In this document: piece by piece, positions 20,920 to 30,495 of the stretch
Position numbering within the stretch: the stretch's first letter is position 1
Layout: each line of letters begins with the position of its first letter
Origin: Polyangiaceae bacterium
GTDB lineage: Bacteria > Myxococcota_A > Polyangia > Polyangiales > Polyangiaceae
Assembly: GCA_033763455.1 (NCBI GenBank)
Contig: JANRKO010000006.1
Coordinates: 576,001-640,000 of the forward strand
Length of the DNA stretch: 64,000 nt
Direction: 5' to 3'
Notes under the pieces: model-generated
What the model was told of the DNA's origin: nothing
The model's database searches: none
The model's input: only the letters and a program-made list of their open reading frames with translations
Made by a program: the position numbers and the translations under genes

Positions 20920-22020
20920 GTGACCTCCGCTCTTCAATCCACCGAAGCCAACTCCGCCGAGACACCCGGACCTTCGAGCAAGGGTGCACGCTGGTTGCGG
21001 GCTATCGCGGTTTCAGCAGCTATTGGTTTTGGGTTTTGGTGGTTATTGCGTAAAGGTGCGTTACCGATTGTCCCGCCTAGGTCAGCGTTTGAACGGGTAA
21101 GCTGGCCGTCAGTTTGGCTTTACGTGGGAATGTGGACGGTGGTCCATACGCTGCGCTGCTCGCGTTGGTATTTCTTGTTGAAGCCCATCGGCAAGGTATC
21201 GTTCTTGCGTCCGTTGCTCATGGCTCTAGCGGGCTACGGCGCACAGTGCATCTTGCCTTTTCGCACCGGGGAAGCTGTGCGACCCATGATGATTGCTCGT
21301 CGGGGAAGCGTGAGCTGGCTGGCGGCAGCTGGAACGGTGGGTGCTGAGCGTGTGGTGGACGGCGCTTTCTTGAGCGTGGGGATGGGCCTGGCGCTCTTGA
21401 ATGTGCAAACCGTGAATCCGTTACCAACGCATCTAGGAAAGTTGCCGGTGCCTTCGTCGATGGTGCGAGCCGCGTCGGTCACAGCAGTGGTGCTGTTCTT
21501 GAGCCTCTGCGTTGCGATGTGGGTGTTCTATGCTCGGCGAGCGTGGGCGGTTCGCCTTGTGGAGCAAACACTGGGGCGCGTATCGCCGCGCGCGTCCGCT
21601 TTCATGATTCAACTCCTCACCCGGCTTTCCGAGGGGTTGTCGTTCCTGTCTGTGCCGAGAAGCTCGGTAGTCTTTATCACGCTGACAGCCGCCTATTGGT
21701 TTACGGCTATCTGGAGCATGGAATTCTTGTTTCACGCCGTGGGGGTGGAGCAAGCCACGTTCGTCCAGACCACCGTCGTGCTCGGCGTGCTCGGTCTGGG
21801 TCTGGCGATGCCCAATGCTCCAGGCTTTTTCGGCTCCTTCCAGATAGCTGCCTACGCCGCCCTGGTGATGTTTTTCCCAGCCGAAGTGGTGTTACGTGAG
21901 GGTGCCGCGTACGTCTTTTTGCTATACGTGATCCAGATGTCCGTCACTTTGGTGCTCGGGTTGATCGCGTTTCTGGCGGAGGAATTTCTGGGCTCGCGGG
22001 ATGTGGCGGAGCTTTCGTAA
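20920..22020 (+). CDS. Lysylphosphatidylglycerol synthase TM-domain (UPF0104/flippase-like) membrane protein
   Basis: RCSRW, LPFRTGEAVR, ERVVD, PNAPGFFG motifs; ~8 TMs; start GTG 20920 inferred. Confidence 0.85.
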   Translation: MTSALQSTEANSAETPGPSSKGARWLRAIAVSAAIGFGFWWLLRKGALPIVPPRSAFERVSWPSVWLYVGMWTVVHTLRCSRWYFLLKPIGKVSFLRPLLMALAGYGAQCILPFRTGEAVRPMMIARRGSVSWLAAAGTVGAERVVDGAFLSVGMGLALLNVQTVNPLPTHLGKLPVPSSMVRAASVTAVVLFLSLCVAMWVFYARRAWAVRLVEQTLGRVSPRASAFMIQLLTRLSEGLSFLSVPRSSVVFITLTAAYWFTAIWSMEFLFHAVGVEQATFVQTTVVLGVLGLGLAMPNAPGFFGSFQIAAYAALVMFFPAEVVLREGAAYVFLLYVIQMSVTLVLGLIAFLAEEFLGSRDVAELS

Positions 22021-23682
22021 CCGCCGGATTGCCCAGGGTGTCAGGAGTGTCAGCGCTGCGAGCCAGTAACCAACGTTGGCACCACGAGGGTCTGCGTAAG
22101 TAGCCGTTAACTTAACAGGGCGTCCATCGGGTCGCGGAGCAACGAGGAGGCGGATCAAACCATCCGGCTGGAGGCGTTCCCGCAAGGTTTCATCACTCAC
22201 TTTCTCCCCATCCACCTCAATGAGCCAACCCGGCAGGAAGAACTGACGGATGGTGATTTCTGACGGTTTGGCGGCGCTGATTGCGTAGCGTAGCCAGTGA
22301 GCATCATTGCCGGGGAGCGCTTGTACGCTGACACCGGGCGGAGCGGCGAGACGTTCCCCCGCTAGGCCAATGGGGAGCTTCGGAAGGTCGGTAACCGTGC
22401 GGGGGCGCTTTTCTCCTAGGACGTCGAGCGTTTCTCGCCGCGTGAGCGATGTCGAGAAGACGTAGCGCAGGCTCACCTCCGCATCGGCCAGCCTTGCCTC
22501 GACTTTGAATTGCCCTGGGACCCACCCAGCCACAAGAATCACCGGAAGGCAGATGCTTCCCGCAAAGCTCCGGAGATCACTCCGGACCTCCCCAAGGCCA
22601 CGCATTAGACCAATCTGCAATGCCACGCAAAGGGACAAGAACCGCCACGGGAATTGAAATGTTGAAAGCGGCGGGATGCGCCATGCTGCCGCTAGCCACG
22701 GTGTCATGAGTACCAAGGCGGCGATCAGAATGCCCCCCAAGATGCGAGTTTGGCGGTACCGCCAAGCAACGGCTGCACCGGCTAGCGCTAGCGCCAGCGA
22801 GATGGGGCCAAGCGAGAAGTTATTCTTTGCTGCGGAGGGAGACCATTGGTGCCCCAATAACAGCCAAGGAGGTACCGTGTTGGGGACAGGATCCCAGTTG
22901 AAGGCTCCGTCGATGTGCGTGGTGTGCGCCATGAGGATCACGGGCAGCCAATAGGGTGTCGAAACACAAACTGCGCGAACGCCTTCTACCGTAAGAACAC
23001 GCAAGATGCGTCGGTCCCTAGCTCGAGGCAAAAGCGAGAGACTGCCGAGGGCTAGAAACATACCCAAGCTAACTCCCACTACGGGATGTGCCAGGAGAGA
23101 AAGAGCTAACGAGTAACCTAGGCGGTGTGAGCCTCCTTTCGCGTTTTCAGTCAGGGCTTCGATGTAGAAGGCGAGCACCCAGGGGCATAGCGCTGTTGCG
23201 AGCAGTTCGCTCAAATCCCCACGTGCGAGCCAATTGACGTATACGTATGGAGCAAAGAGAAATAACGTGGCCCCGCAGATCCCAAGCCGAGGCTCACGCC
23301 CTCCATGGCAAAGCCTGAAGCTGCCGCACGCGCCGAGTGCAAGCGTGGCAGCGATGGCTCCCCAGGTTGCAGCAACTGGTCCGCCAAAAATTGCACGAAA
23401 GGGAATGGCCAAGAAGAAGAACAGCGGTTGATAGAACACGAACTCGGCGTAGCCGTAGCCCCCGTCGAGGTTCGGCAGCCAACGAGGCCACCATTTGCCC
23501 GAGAGAAATGCTTGATAAAAGTGCTCCACCAACAGCGGGTAGCGATTCATCTCTGTCGTCTGGGGCCAGCCGCCATCTGCGGCGTAGGGCGCCACAACCG
23601 AAAGGGCCGCCACGCAACAGAAAACGTAGAGCGTGGCCTCTCGGCAGCTTGCCGCATCACGATTCTTGCCGAGCCAACTCAC
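21922..23682 (-). CDS. GT-C-like polytopic membrane protein (PTPS-related/YfhO-like), paralog 1
   Basis: WPRWLPNLDGGYGYAEFVFYQPL, APY...RGDLSE, QFPWRFL, FFLPGW...VDG; start GTG 23682 by alignment to the paralog (ORF open to 23766). Confidence 0.8.
   Translation of the reverse strand: MSWLGKNRDAASCREATLYVFCCVAALSVVAPYAADGGWPQTTEMNRYPLLVEHFYQAFLSGKWWPRWLPNLDGGYGYAEFVFYQPLFFFLAIPFRAIFGGPVAATWGAIAATLALGACGSFRLCHGGREPRLGICGATLFLFAPYVYVNWLARGDLSELLATALCPWVLAFYIEALTENAKGGSHRLGYSLALSLLAHPVVGVSLGMFLALGSLSLLPRARDRRILRVLTVEGVRAVCVSTPYWLPVILMAHTTHIDGAFNWDPVPNTVPPWLLLGHQWSPSAAKNNFSLGPISLALALAGAAVAWRYRQTRILGGILIAALVLMTPWLAAAWRIPPLSTFQFPWRFLSLCVALQIGLMRGLGEVRSDLRSFAGSICLPVILVAGWVPGQFKVEARLADAEVSLRYVFSTSLTRRETLDVLGEKRPRTVTDLPKLPIGLAGERLAAPPGVSVQALPGNDAHWLRYAISAAKPSEITIRQFFLPGWLIEVDGEKVSDETLRERLQPDGLIRLLVAPRPDGRPVKLTATYADPRGANVGYWLAALTLLTPWAIRRLRKLRHIPRAQKFLRQKRDQPEHQSDGHLDHV
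22012..22345. repeat. 334-bp direct repeat, copy 1 (copy 2 at 23897-24230)
   Basis: Read-through comparison found about 6 mismatches; offset 1885 bp. Confidence 0.93.
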
Positions 23683-23869
23683 ACAACCCACCCGGTTCAC
23701 CGTCTGCTGCTTAGCGCAAGCCTCGTTGCATGTCCGCGGGATACACCAGAACCGGCGCGTCCGCAAAGCCCTCGCGGTATTTCTTGCTCAAGGCAATCGG
23801 CCTGGCTTACTCGGCTCCGCTTGCCTGGTACCGCTGAGTGACATTGTTCGTCGATCCGCCGCGGAGGGT

Positions 23870-25570
23870 TCAGCGGGCCCCCGGGATGTAGCCGATCTTT
23901 CGTAACCGCCGGATTGCCCAGGGTGTCAGGAGTGTCAGCGCTGCGAGCCAGTAACCAACGTTGGCACCACGAGGGTCTGCGTAAGTGGCAGTTAACTTAA
24001 CAGGGCGTCCATCGGGTCGCGGAGCAACGAGGAGGCGGATCAAACCATCCGGCTGGAGGCGTTCCCGCAAGGTTTCATCACTCACTTTCTCCCCATCCAC
24101 CTCAATGAGCCAGCCCGGAAGGAAGAACTGACGGATGGTGACTTCTGACGGTTTGGCGGCGCTGATTGCGTAGCGTAGCCAGTGAGCATCATTGCCGGGG
24201 AGCGCTTGTAAGCTGACACCGGGCGGAGCGATAAGGCGCTCCCCCCTTAGCCCAATGGGAAACCTCGGAATGTCGGTGACGGTGCGGGGGCGCTTTTCGC
24301 CGAGGCAGTCCAGGGTGCCTCCGTGATCGGTGGACGCTGCGAACGTTTGGAGCAATCTCACTTGGGCGTCGGGAAGTGTCGAATGTACTCTGAACTGACC
24401 GGGAGCCCACGCAGCCACTAAGGTCACGAGCAGGCCGATGCTGCCGGCCCAGATCCGCGGGCTGCTTGGAGCCTCGCCAAGCCCGCGTACGAGACCAATT
24501 TGGAGTCCCACACAGAGGGACAAGAGCCGCCACGGAAATTGAAACATGGAAAGCGGTGGGAATTTCCACATCCAGGCTAACCATGGTGTCATAAGCACAA
24601 CGGCGGCAAACAGAAGTCCTCCTAAGATCCGAGTCTGACGGCAGCGAAAGGCAACAAGGGAACCGGCGAACGCTAAAGCAAGTGATACTCTTCCAAGGGA
24701 GTAGTTGTTTTGACCGGGAACCCACTCGTGGCCTAATAACAGCCAGGGTTGCACGGTGTTGAATTGAGGTTCCCAGGTGAACGCTTGGTCGATATGGGTG
24801 GTGTGCGCCATGAGTATCACAGGCAACCAATACGGCGTCGATATGCAAACTGCGCGTACTCCTTCGAGTAAGAGAACTCGAAGAATGCTGCGACCACTCC
24901 TGCCGCCGAGGAGCGATAGGCTGCCAAGGCTGAGGAGCAGGCCCAGGCTAAGACCCACTATGGGGTGTGCGAGGAAGCAGAGGGCCAAAGAGTAGCCTAG
25001 CCGGTGTGAACCTGACTTGGCGTTTGCGCTCAGTGCCTCGACGTAGAACGCAATAACCCAGGGGCACAGTGCCGTTGCCAGCAGCTCGCTCAGATCTCCC
25101 CGGACGAGCCAATTCACCCAAACGTACGGAGCCAGTAGGAACAAAGCGGCGCCGCAAATCCCCAGCCGAGGCTCGCGAGCTCCATGGCAAAGCCTAAAGC
25201 TTCCGCAGGCACCGACGGCAAGCGTGGCCCCAATGGCGGCCCAGGTAGCGGCCACTGGCCCGCCAAGCATCAAGCGAAATGGGAGCGCTAAGAAAAAGAA
25301 CAGCGGTTGGTAAAATACGAATTCTGGGTAGCCATAGCCGCCATCGAGATCCGGCAACCAACGGGGCCACCACTTACCCGCGAGAAACGCCTGGTAGAAG
25401 TGCTCCACCAACAGCGGGTACCGATTGAGCTCCGCGGTTCGCGGCCAATCGCCGTTCGATGCATAGGGAGCAACGATGCCAACGACGGCCACACAACAAA
25501 TCAGTAATAGCGTTGCTCGGCGATACTCTTTCGCGTCGCGGCCTATATGGATCGAACCCCCTTGATGCAC
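23870..25570 (-). CDS. GT-C-like polytopic membrane protein (PTPS-related/YfhO-like), paralog 2
   Basis: Same motifs as 21922-23682 (WPRWLPDLDGGYGYPEFVFYQPL, RGDLSE, QFPWRLL). Confidence 0.82.
   Translation of the reverse strand: MHQGGSIHIGRDAKEYRRATLLLICCVAVVGIVAPYASNGDWPRTAELNRYPLLVEHFYQAFLAGKWWPRWLPDLDGGYGYPEFVFYQPLFFFLALPFRLMLGGPVAATWAAIGATLAVGACGSFRLCHGAREPRLGICGAALFLLAPYVWVNWLVRGDLSELLATALCPWVIAFYVEALSANAKSGSHRLGYSLALCFLAHPIVGLSLGLLLSLGSLSLLGGRSGRSILRVLLLEGVRAVCISTPYWLPVILMAHTTHIDQAFTWEPQFNTVQPWLLLGHEWVPGQNNYSLGRVSLALAFAGSLVAFRCRQTRILGGLLFAAVVLMTPWLAWMWKFPPLSMFQFPWRLLSLCVGLQIGLVRGLGEAPSSPRIWAGSIGLLVTLVAAWAPGQFRVHSTLPDAQVRLLQTFAASTDHGGTLDCLGEKRPRTVTDIPRFPIGLRGERLIAPPGVSLQALPGNDAHWLRYAISAAKPSEVTIRQFFLPGWLIEVDGEKVSDETLRERLQPDGLIRLLVAPRPDGRPVKLTATYADPRGANVGYWLAALTLLTPWAIRRLRKIGYIPGAR
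23897..24230. repeat. 334-bp direct repeat, copy 2
   Basis: Near-identical to 22012-22345. Confidence 0.93.
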
Positions 25571-25581
25571 AGTGCGTCCTG

Positions 25582-25597
25582 AGCAATGCCCGTGCCA
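25582..25597 (-). promoter_or_regulatory. Sigma54 -24/-12 promoter for GT-C paralog 2
   Basis: Reverse complement reads TGGCACGGGCATTGCT, an exact fit to TGGCACG-N4-TTGCW. Confidence 0.85.
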
Positions 25598-25670
25598 CTT
25601 CAGCTTTGCACGTTGTCATACGTGTTTATGCGAGATGACGCGATTAAGAGCACAGGCGTGGAGGCGAATA

Positions 25671-25687
25671 TGGCTCAATCTGTGCCA
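25671..25687. promoter_or_regulatory. Palindromic candidate enhancer (UAS)
   Basis: TGGCTCA-ATC-TGTGCCA between two divergent sigma54 promoters; reverse complement matches 31883-31899 at 15/17. Confidence 0.7.
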
Positions 25688-25781
25688 ATCTCAGTCAAGG
25701 ATTACATGCAGTGTCACGAGGGTTAGCCCTATTCGCGTGCGGAAGCGGATGATTCGCGAGCGCCGAGGTGCGCCCTCAGCG

Positions 25782-25797
25782 TGGCACGGTCTTTGCT
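25782..25797 (+). promoter_or_regulatory. Sigma54 -24/-12 promoter for lipoprotein A
   Basis: TGGCACGGTCTTTGCT, exact consensus with correct GG-N10-GC spacing. Confidence 0.85.
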
Positions 25798-25810
25798 TTT
25801 TGAAAGGCCA

Positions 25811-26518
25811 ATGACGTTTACTCATAGTGGTGGTTTGTGGGGGCGCCGAGGTGCGAAGGTCTGGAGCTATGGCTCAAGCGCCCTCGGAGTTGTTGTAATG
25901 TGCTGCAGCGTTCCGGAGCGGCGAATCGATGATCTGACAGTGAACAGTGAGCAGCGGAAACCTGAAGTGGCAATGGCAGGTTCTGGCGGAGCGCCAACCA
26001 CTTTGGGGGGACAACCCTCCCAGTTGCAGACTCCTGCAGGTGGGGGAGTTCCCGGACTCATCACTCCGGAAGGGATAGGTTCGTCCGAAAAGTGCGTGTC
26101 CCCCAATCCTCTGCAGGGTGGAGCCTACGCGATCACCTGCCGCTCTCTGCAGGTAAACTTCGTCCCACCGCTTCGGGGGAACGACTACGACGTTAGCGTG
26201 CTCACAAGCAAGAATCCTGATGTGGCGTTGCTAGCCACTCCCAGGCTAGCTGGAGAGGGTGTTCCAGCGTTGAACACAGATGGCGTGAATACGCTAGGCG
26301 TATGGCTCGACTACGGTGGTGGATCTCTATCGCCCATCCCGGCAAGTGCTTTCCCCGCCTGGATTCAGGTTACTGTCGAACGAGCAGGGCAGGTCGTCGT
26401 GCAGACCAGGTGGGACACCCTACAGTATCAGTGCCAGGCGATTGATCCTTGGCGCTGGTGTTGGCAGGCGGCGCCACTCACGGCAACTACTTCGCTGGCT
26501 CAAATGGATGCTCCCTAG
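25811..26518 (+). CDS. Hypothetical secreted/lipoprotein A (paralog of 32048-32710)
   Basis: Hydrophobic segment ending VVMCC, Gly/Pro/Thr linker, C-terminal domain with ITC...FVPPL and YQC...WCW. Confidence 0.7.
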   Translation: MTFTHSGGLWGRRGAKVWSYGSSALGVVVMCCSVPERRIDDLTVNSEQRKPEVAMAGSGGAPTTLGGQPSQLQTPAGGGVPGLITPEGIGSSEKCVSPNPLQGGAYAITCRSLQVNFVPPLRGNDYDVSVLTSKNPDVALLATPRLAGEGVPALNTDGVNTLGVWLDYGGGSLSPIPASAFPAWIQVTVERAGQVVVQTRWDTLQYQCQAIDPWRWCWQAAPLTATTSLAQMDAP

Positions 26519-26610
26519 GAAATAGCGCCATTTGCTCAAAAAAGGCAAAGCTCGAAGTCGTGCACTAGCCTCCGGTAAGGCGCGTGATACCGTCGCGCCC
26601 CGTTGCTCGC

Positions 26611-27357
26611 ATGGACCTAAAAGAAGCCCCTCACCGAGTGTTTCAGCGTCATCCTTGGGAGGTCGCGCGCTTCAAATTCTTTCGACGTGTGCTTGAGGAC
26701 ACGCACGTTGATAATGGGCCCTTGCATATCTTGGATGTGGGGTCGGGTGATGCCTGGTTTGCCAATGAGCTCGTGATGTCGCTGGCGCCGGGGAGCGACT
26801 GCGCGTGTTGGGATATTGGCTACGATCCAGATCGATTGCCTGACGCCTTCCAAAGCTCATACCTTCGGGCCACTACCGAGCGTCCCAGCGGACAATTCGA
26901 TCTCATCGTACTTCTGGACGTGGCCGAGCACGTCCCGGACGATCGTGCTTTCCTTGCCGACGTTCTCGAAAATTGCGCTCGCCCCGGCAGTTATGTGCTT
27001 TTCAGTGTTCCTGCTTGGCCCGAGCTGATGTGTTCGCATGATCAGGCCTTGCACCATTTCCGCCGGTATCGCCCCAGGCAGGCGCTGGCTTTGCTTGAGG
27101 ACGCGGGCCTCCGCGTCCTCGGCTCGGGTGGGGCATTCCACGGGCTCATTTTGCCTCGGGCTATCAACGTTTTGAAGGAGCGCGTGGTTGGGCCCCCGGC
27201 ACACGCGGTAGCCGAGAGCCTGGAGTGGCGTGGTGGGCCCGTGTTGGGCAAAATCGTGGAAGCGGCGTTAGCGGCAGACGGGGCCGTTTCCCGTTGGTTG
27301 GCACGAAAAAACCGAGACGTGCCCGGGTTGAGTTGGTGGGCATTGTGTCAGAAGTAG
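26611..27357 (+). CDS. Class I SAM-dependent methyltransferase
   Basis: ILDVGSGD motif I, FDLIVLLDVAEH, SVPAW...HD...HFRRY typical of glycan-locus methyltransferases. Confidence 0.88.
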   Translation: MDLKEAPHRVFQRHPWEVARFKFFRRVLEDTHVDNGPLHILDVGSGDAWFANELVMSLAPGSDCACWDIGYDPDRLPDAFQSSYLRATTERPSGQFDLIVLLDVAEHVPDDRAFLADVLENCARPGSYVLFSVPAWPELMCSHDQALHHFRRYRPRQALALLEDAGLRVLGSGGAFHGLILPRAINVLKERVVGPPAHAVAESLEWRGGPVLGKIVEAALAADGAVSRWLARKNRDVPGLSWWALCQK

Positions 27358-28085
27358 GGTTGGTAATCCCGTGTTACAACGAGGCAGAACGGCTTGATTT
27401 TGCACTTGTGGAGCAACTTCTGGCTGATCCTCGCGTGAAGCTATTCCTGGTGGATGACGGCTCCACGGACGCCACTTTTGAACGCCTTACCGAATTTTCC
27501 TTTCTACATCCTGGCCGCGTGGAGGTAGTGCCAATTCGACCTAACGGAGGCAAGGCCGAAGCCGTACGGCGAGGGTTGCTCCGCGCACTCGAGGATGGGG
27601 CACGCTTGGTTGGGTATCTCGACGCTGATATGGCGACGCCGCCTGAAGAGATGTTGCGCCTACTGGCCACACTTGAAAAGTCGTCAGCCTTGTTGGCACT
27701 CGGCTCGCGGGTACGCATGTTGGGCGCTGATATTCAGCGCACCACGGCGCGGCACTACTTAGGTCGGGTGTTCGCGACGCTGGCCTCGCTGTCGCTATCC
27801 CTTCCCGTTTACGACACTCAATGCGGTGCGAAGGTAGCGCGAGACCACGCAACGCTGCGCCGAGCGTTGAGCTACCCGTTTACCTCGCGTTGGGCATTTG
27901 ACGTGGAGCTTCTGGATCGACTTACTGCCGATCGTGAGTATGCCTACACGATGGCGGATTTAGTCGAAATGCCCCTCAAAACCTGGGGGGAACGCGGTGG
28001 CTCGAAGCTTTCGAGCAAAGCCATGGTGAAAGCTGGGTTAGATCTGGTCGGTATTGGCATCAAGCGCAGGTGGGGGCATCGGTGA
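27345..28085 (+). CDS. GT2 polyprenyl-phosphate glycosyltransferase (dolichyl-P glucose synthase-like)
   Basis: VIPCYNE, VDDGSTD, NGGKAEAV, DAD, GSR, DTQCGAK, WAFDVE; start GTG 27345. Confidence 0.92.
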   Translation: MSEVGLVIPCYNEAERLDFALVEQLLADPRVKLFLVDDGSTDATFERLTEFSFLHPGRVEVVPIRPNGGKAEAVRRGLLRALEDGARLVGYLDADMATPPEEMLRLLATLEKSSALLALGSRVRMLGADIQRTTARHYLGRVFATLASLSLSLPVYDTQCGAKVARDHATLRRALSYPFTSRWAFDVELLDRLTADREYAYTMADLVEMPLKTWGERGGSKLSSKAMVKAGLDLVGIGIKRRWGHR

Positions 28086-30433
28086 GTCTTGAGGCAAAAA
28101 AGCTACACGCGCAGCGGATTCTGGTCTCTCTTGCTCTCATTTGTGGCGCCGGAATTATCCTGCGCTCAGTAGACAAGCACTACCCACTTCAGCACTGGCT
28201 TATCTGGCATTACCTCGGGTACTGGCTGCTCACGGCGTATTTCGTTGCGGGGTGCACGGTTGTTGGGTTTTCGCTCCTTAAGGTAACGCTTCAGCGAACC
28301 CTTCCGTTGCGCGAGATGTTGGTGCTGGGGGCGCCGCTCGGGCTCCTCGCCTATTTCTGCTGGGCATTTGTCGCGGGTCTATTCGGCCTTTACGGGCGCC
28401 TGTTTTTCGCCTTCACGCCGCTCGGGCTCGCCGCTCTCGGGGTGGTGCCCGTCTATCAGTATTTTTCGCGATTTCTTGCGTTGGCGCGCCGCCGTCCAAC
28501 GCTGACCTTGCGCCCCATCCGTCCGTGGTGGTCTTGGCTCGTGCACGCCTTTGGCCTCGTGGGATTCCTCTTTATCTATTTTTCCATCCTCTCGCCCAAT
28601 AACATGGCGTACGACGCACGCTGGTATCATCTACCGCTCGCGGAGCAGTATGCCGCAGCCGGGCGCGTATTTCGCTTTGGTGAGGGATGGGTGATGGGAA
28701 GCTATCCGCAGCTTTCCAGCTTCCTCTACCTCTGGGCCTTCTTACTGCCAGCACCGGTGTTCGATCGCATCGAGCTTGCCGCCCACCTCGAATTTGCGTT
28801 CGTTATTTGGCAAGCTGTGGCCCTTCCGGTGCTCGTCCGGCGGTTGCTGCCTCGGAGCTTTAGGCCGCGCCCGCGAGCGGTGCTTGCCTGGGCGGGCCTG
28901 TTCTTATTTCCTGGCATTTTTCTCTACGATTCGTCGGTGAATCTGAGTGCCGATCACATCGCGGCACTGTGGGCTATTCCGATTTATCTGGCGCTCTTGC
29001 GTGCCTGGCCCACTCTCGGTTGGCGTGAATCACTCGTGTTTGCCGCGTTTCTCTCGGGAGCGATGCTCACGAAGTATACGGCCGCCATGGTGGCCATTCC
29101 TGGAGCGGTTGCTTACGTCTGCCGAGCGTGTTGGCTTCTGGGAACTCGGGGTCGGAAGGTGGGGCCAATCCTAGCAAGCGCAGGAACTCTCTTGGGCGGT
29201 GGTCTGATATTTACCAGTGCGCATTGGCTGAAGAATTGGCTTTGGTACGGCGATCCTCTGTTTCCCCAACTTCACTCTAGGCTCACGCTAACGCCTTGGG
29301 CGCCGGACGCCATCGTCCCCTATAATTTCGACATTGCGGTGCCGTGGCACGCCGCCCGTACCCTAGAAGGCCTCAAAGACACGTTGCGGGTCACAGCTAC
29401 GTTCGCCTTCAAACACCATGATTGGCCGGATCTCCACGGAGAGGCGCCCGTCTTTGGTTTTCTCTTCACCGTTACGGTGCTGGTGCTGCCCTTTCTGGGG
29501 AGGCGCGTGGCCCTTTGGGGCATTTTTCTTGCCGGTCACCTAGGCGTGATGCTGTGGTGCAATATCTCGTGGCAGGATCGCTATCTACAGGTGCTCGTGC
29601 CCTGGATGGCGGCCGCCGTGGCGACCGTTATTGCGCTGGTTTGGCAGCTCGGAGCGGTGCCTCGGCTGGCCATGAGCGCGCTGCTCCTGGTTCAGGTTTT
29701 CTGGGGCAGCGATGTCTACTTCTTCAACACCCATCGCATCATCGGGTCCCCCCTGAAGGCTTCTATCGATCTCATCAACACGGGTCGCCTCAAGCAGTAC
29801 AAGGAACGGTTTGAGGTCTTTGGTTACCTGGGTGCGGTCGCTGATGCGCTACCCAAAGATGCCGTCGTATTGTTCCGTGAGTCGCGTCAAACCTTTGGTT
29901 TGCGAGTGCGCCGCGTCACAGATCGCCCTGGTACCCAAGGGCTCCTCTACTACACGCGTTACCGTTCGCCAGCCGACCTACATGCTGAGCTCCAGAAGCT
30001 CGGCGTCACGCACGTGCTCTGGGGCCAACCCGAAGGCATAGACACTGTGGGCAACGATCTGGTCTTTCACGATTTCGTAACACGCTTCATCAAAAACAAA
30101 CAGATGATCAACGGGCTTAGCCTCGGGGCTCTCCCCAAACAGCTGCCTCCATCGAAGCCGTTTGGCCAGAAGGTAGCCTATATTGGCTGCCCTGGAGCGT
30201 ATGCGCCCGGGCTCTACCCGCTTCAGCAGATTACGGTGAGTGTCTTCGATCCAAAGCCTAACTACCCTCGGCCAGAGATTGCTTATCAGCCGGGGACTCC
30301 AGTTCAGAATGTAGTTGCGGGAGCTGACTACATTGCTTGGGAGCGTGGGTGTCACCCGAACTTGGGCGGGGATTTGCGGATGTTCGAGACATTTGGTCAA
30401 CGTGGGAATTTGACGTTGATGCGGAGAAGGTAA
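28082..30433 (+). CDS. Large GT-C-like (PMT/ArnT-like) membrane protein
   Basis: About 14 hydrophobic segments; YDARWYHLP, YPQL, TKYT, NWLWYGDPLFP, DRYL; GTGA overlap with the GT2 stop. Confidence 0.75.
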   Translation: MSLEAKKLHAQRILVSLALICGAGIILRSVDKHYPLQHWLIWHYLGYWLLTAYFVAGCTVVGFSLLKVTLQRTLPLREMLVLGAPLGLLAYFCWAFVAGLFGLYGRLFFAFTPLGLAALGVVPVYQYFSRFLALARRRPTLTLRPIRPWWSWLVHAFGLVGFLFIYFSILSPNNMAYDARWYHLPLAEQYAAAGRVFRFGEGWVMGSYPQLSSFLYLWAFLLPAPVFDRIELAAHLEFAFVIWQAVALPVLVRRLLPRSFRPRPRAVLAWAGLFLFPGIFLYDSSVNLSADHIAALWAIPIYLALLRAWPTLGWRESLVFAAFLSGAMLTKYTAAMVAIPGAVAYVCRACWLLGTRGRKVGPILASAGTLLGGGLIFTSAHWLKNWLWYGDPLFPQLHSRLTLTPWAPDAIVPYNFDIAVPWHAARTLEGLKDTLRVTATFAFKHHDWPDLHGEAPVFGFLFTVTVLVLPFLGRRVALWGIFLAGHLGVMLWCNISWQDRYLQVLVPWMAAAVATVIALVWQLGAVPRLAMSALLLVQVFWGSDVYFFNTHRIIGSPLKASIDLINTGRLKQYKERFEVFGYLGAVADALPKDAVVLFRESRQTFGLRVRRVTDRPGTQGLLYYTRYRSPADLHAELQKLGVTHVLWGQPEGIDTVGNDLVFHDFVTRFIKNKQMINGLSLGALPKQLPPSKPFGQKVAYIGCPGAYAPGLYPLQQITVSVFDPKPNYPRPEIAYQPGTPVQNVVAGADYIAWERGCHPNLGGDLRMFETFGQRGNLTLMRRR

Positions 30434-30495
30434 GGGGGGATGTCCAACAGGTTGGCCTCCCGCTGCGAGACTAAACGATCGCTGTTGTGTAGAGC

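Noticed and set aside
22012..24230. Repeat pair as a diversity-generating retroelement TR/VR
   Set aside because: Mismatches are not confined to adenines of one copy, both copies are coding, and no reverse transcriptase is in the window
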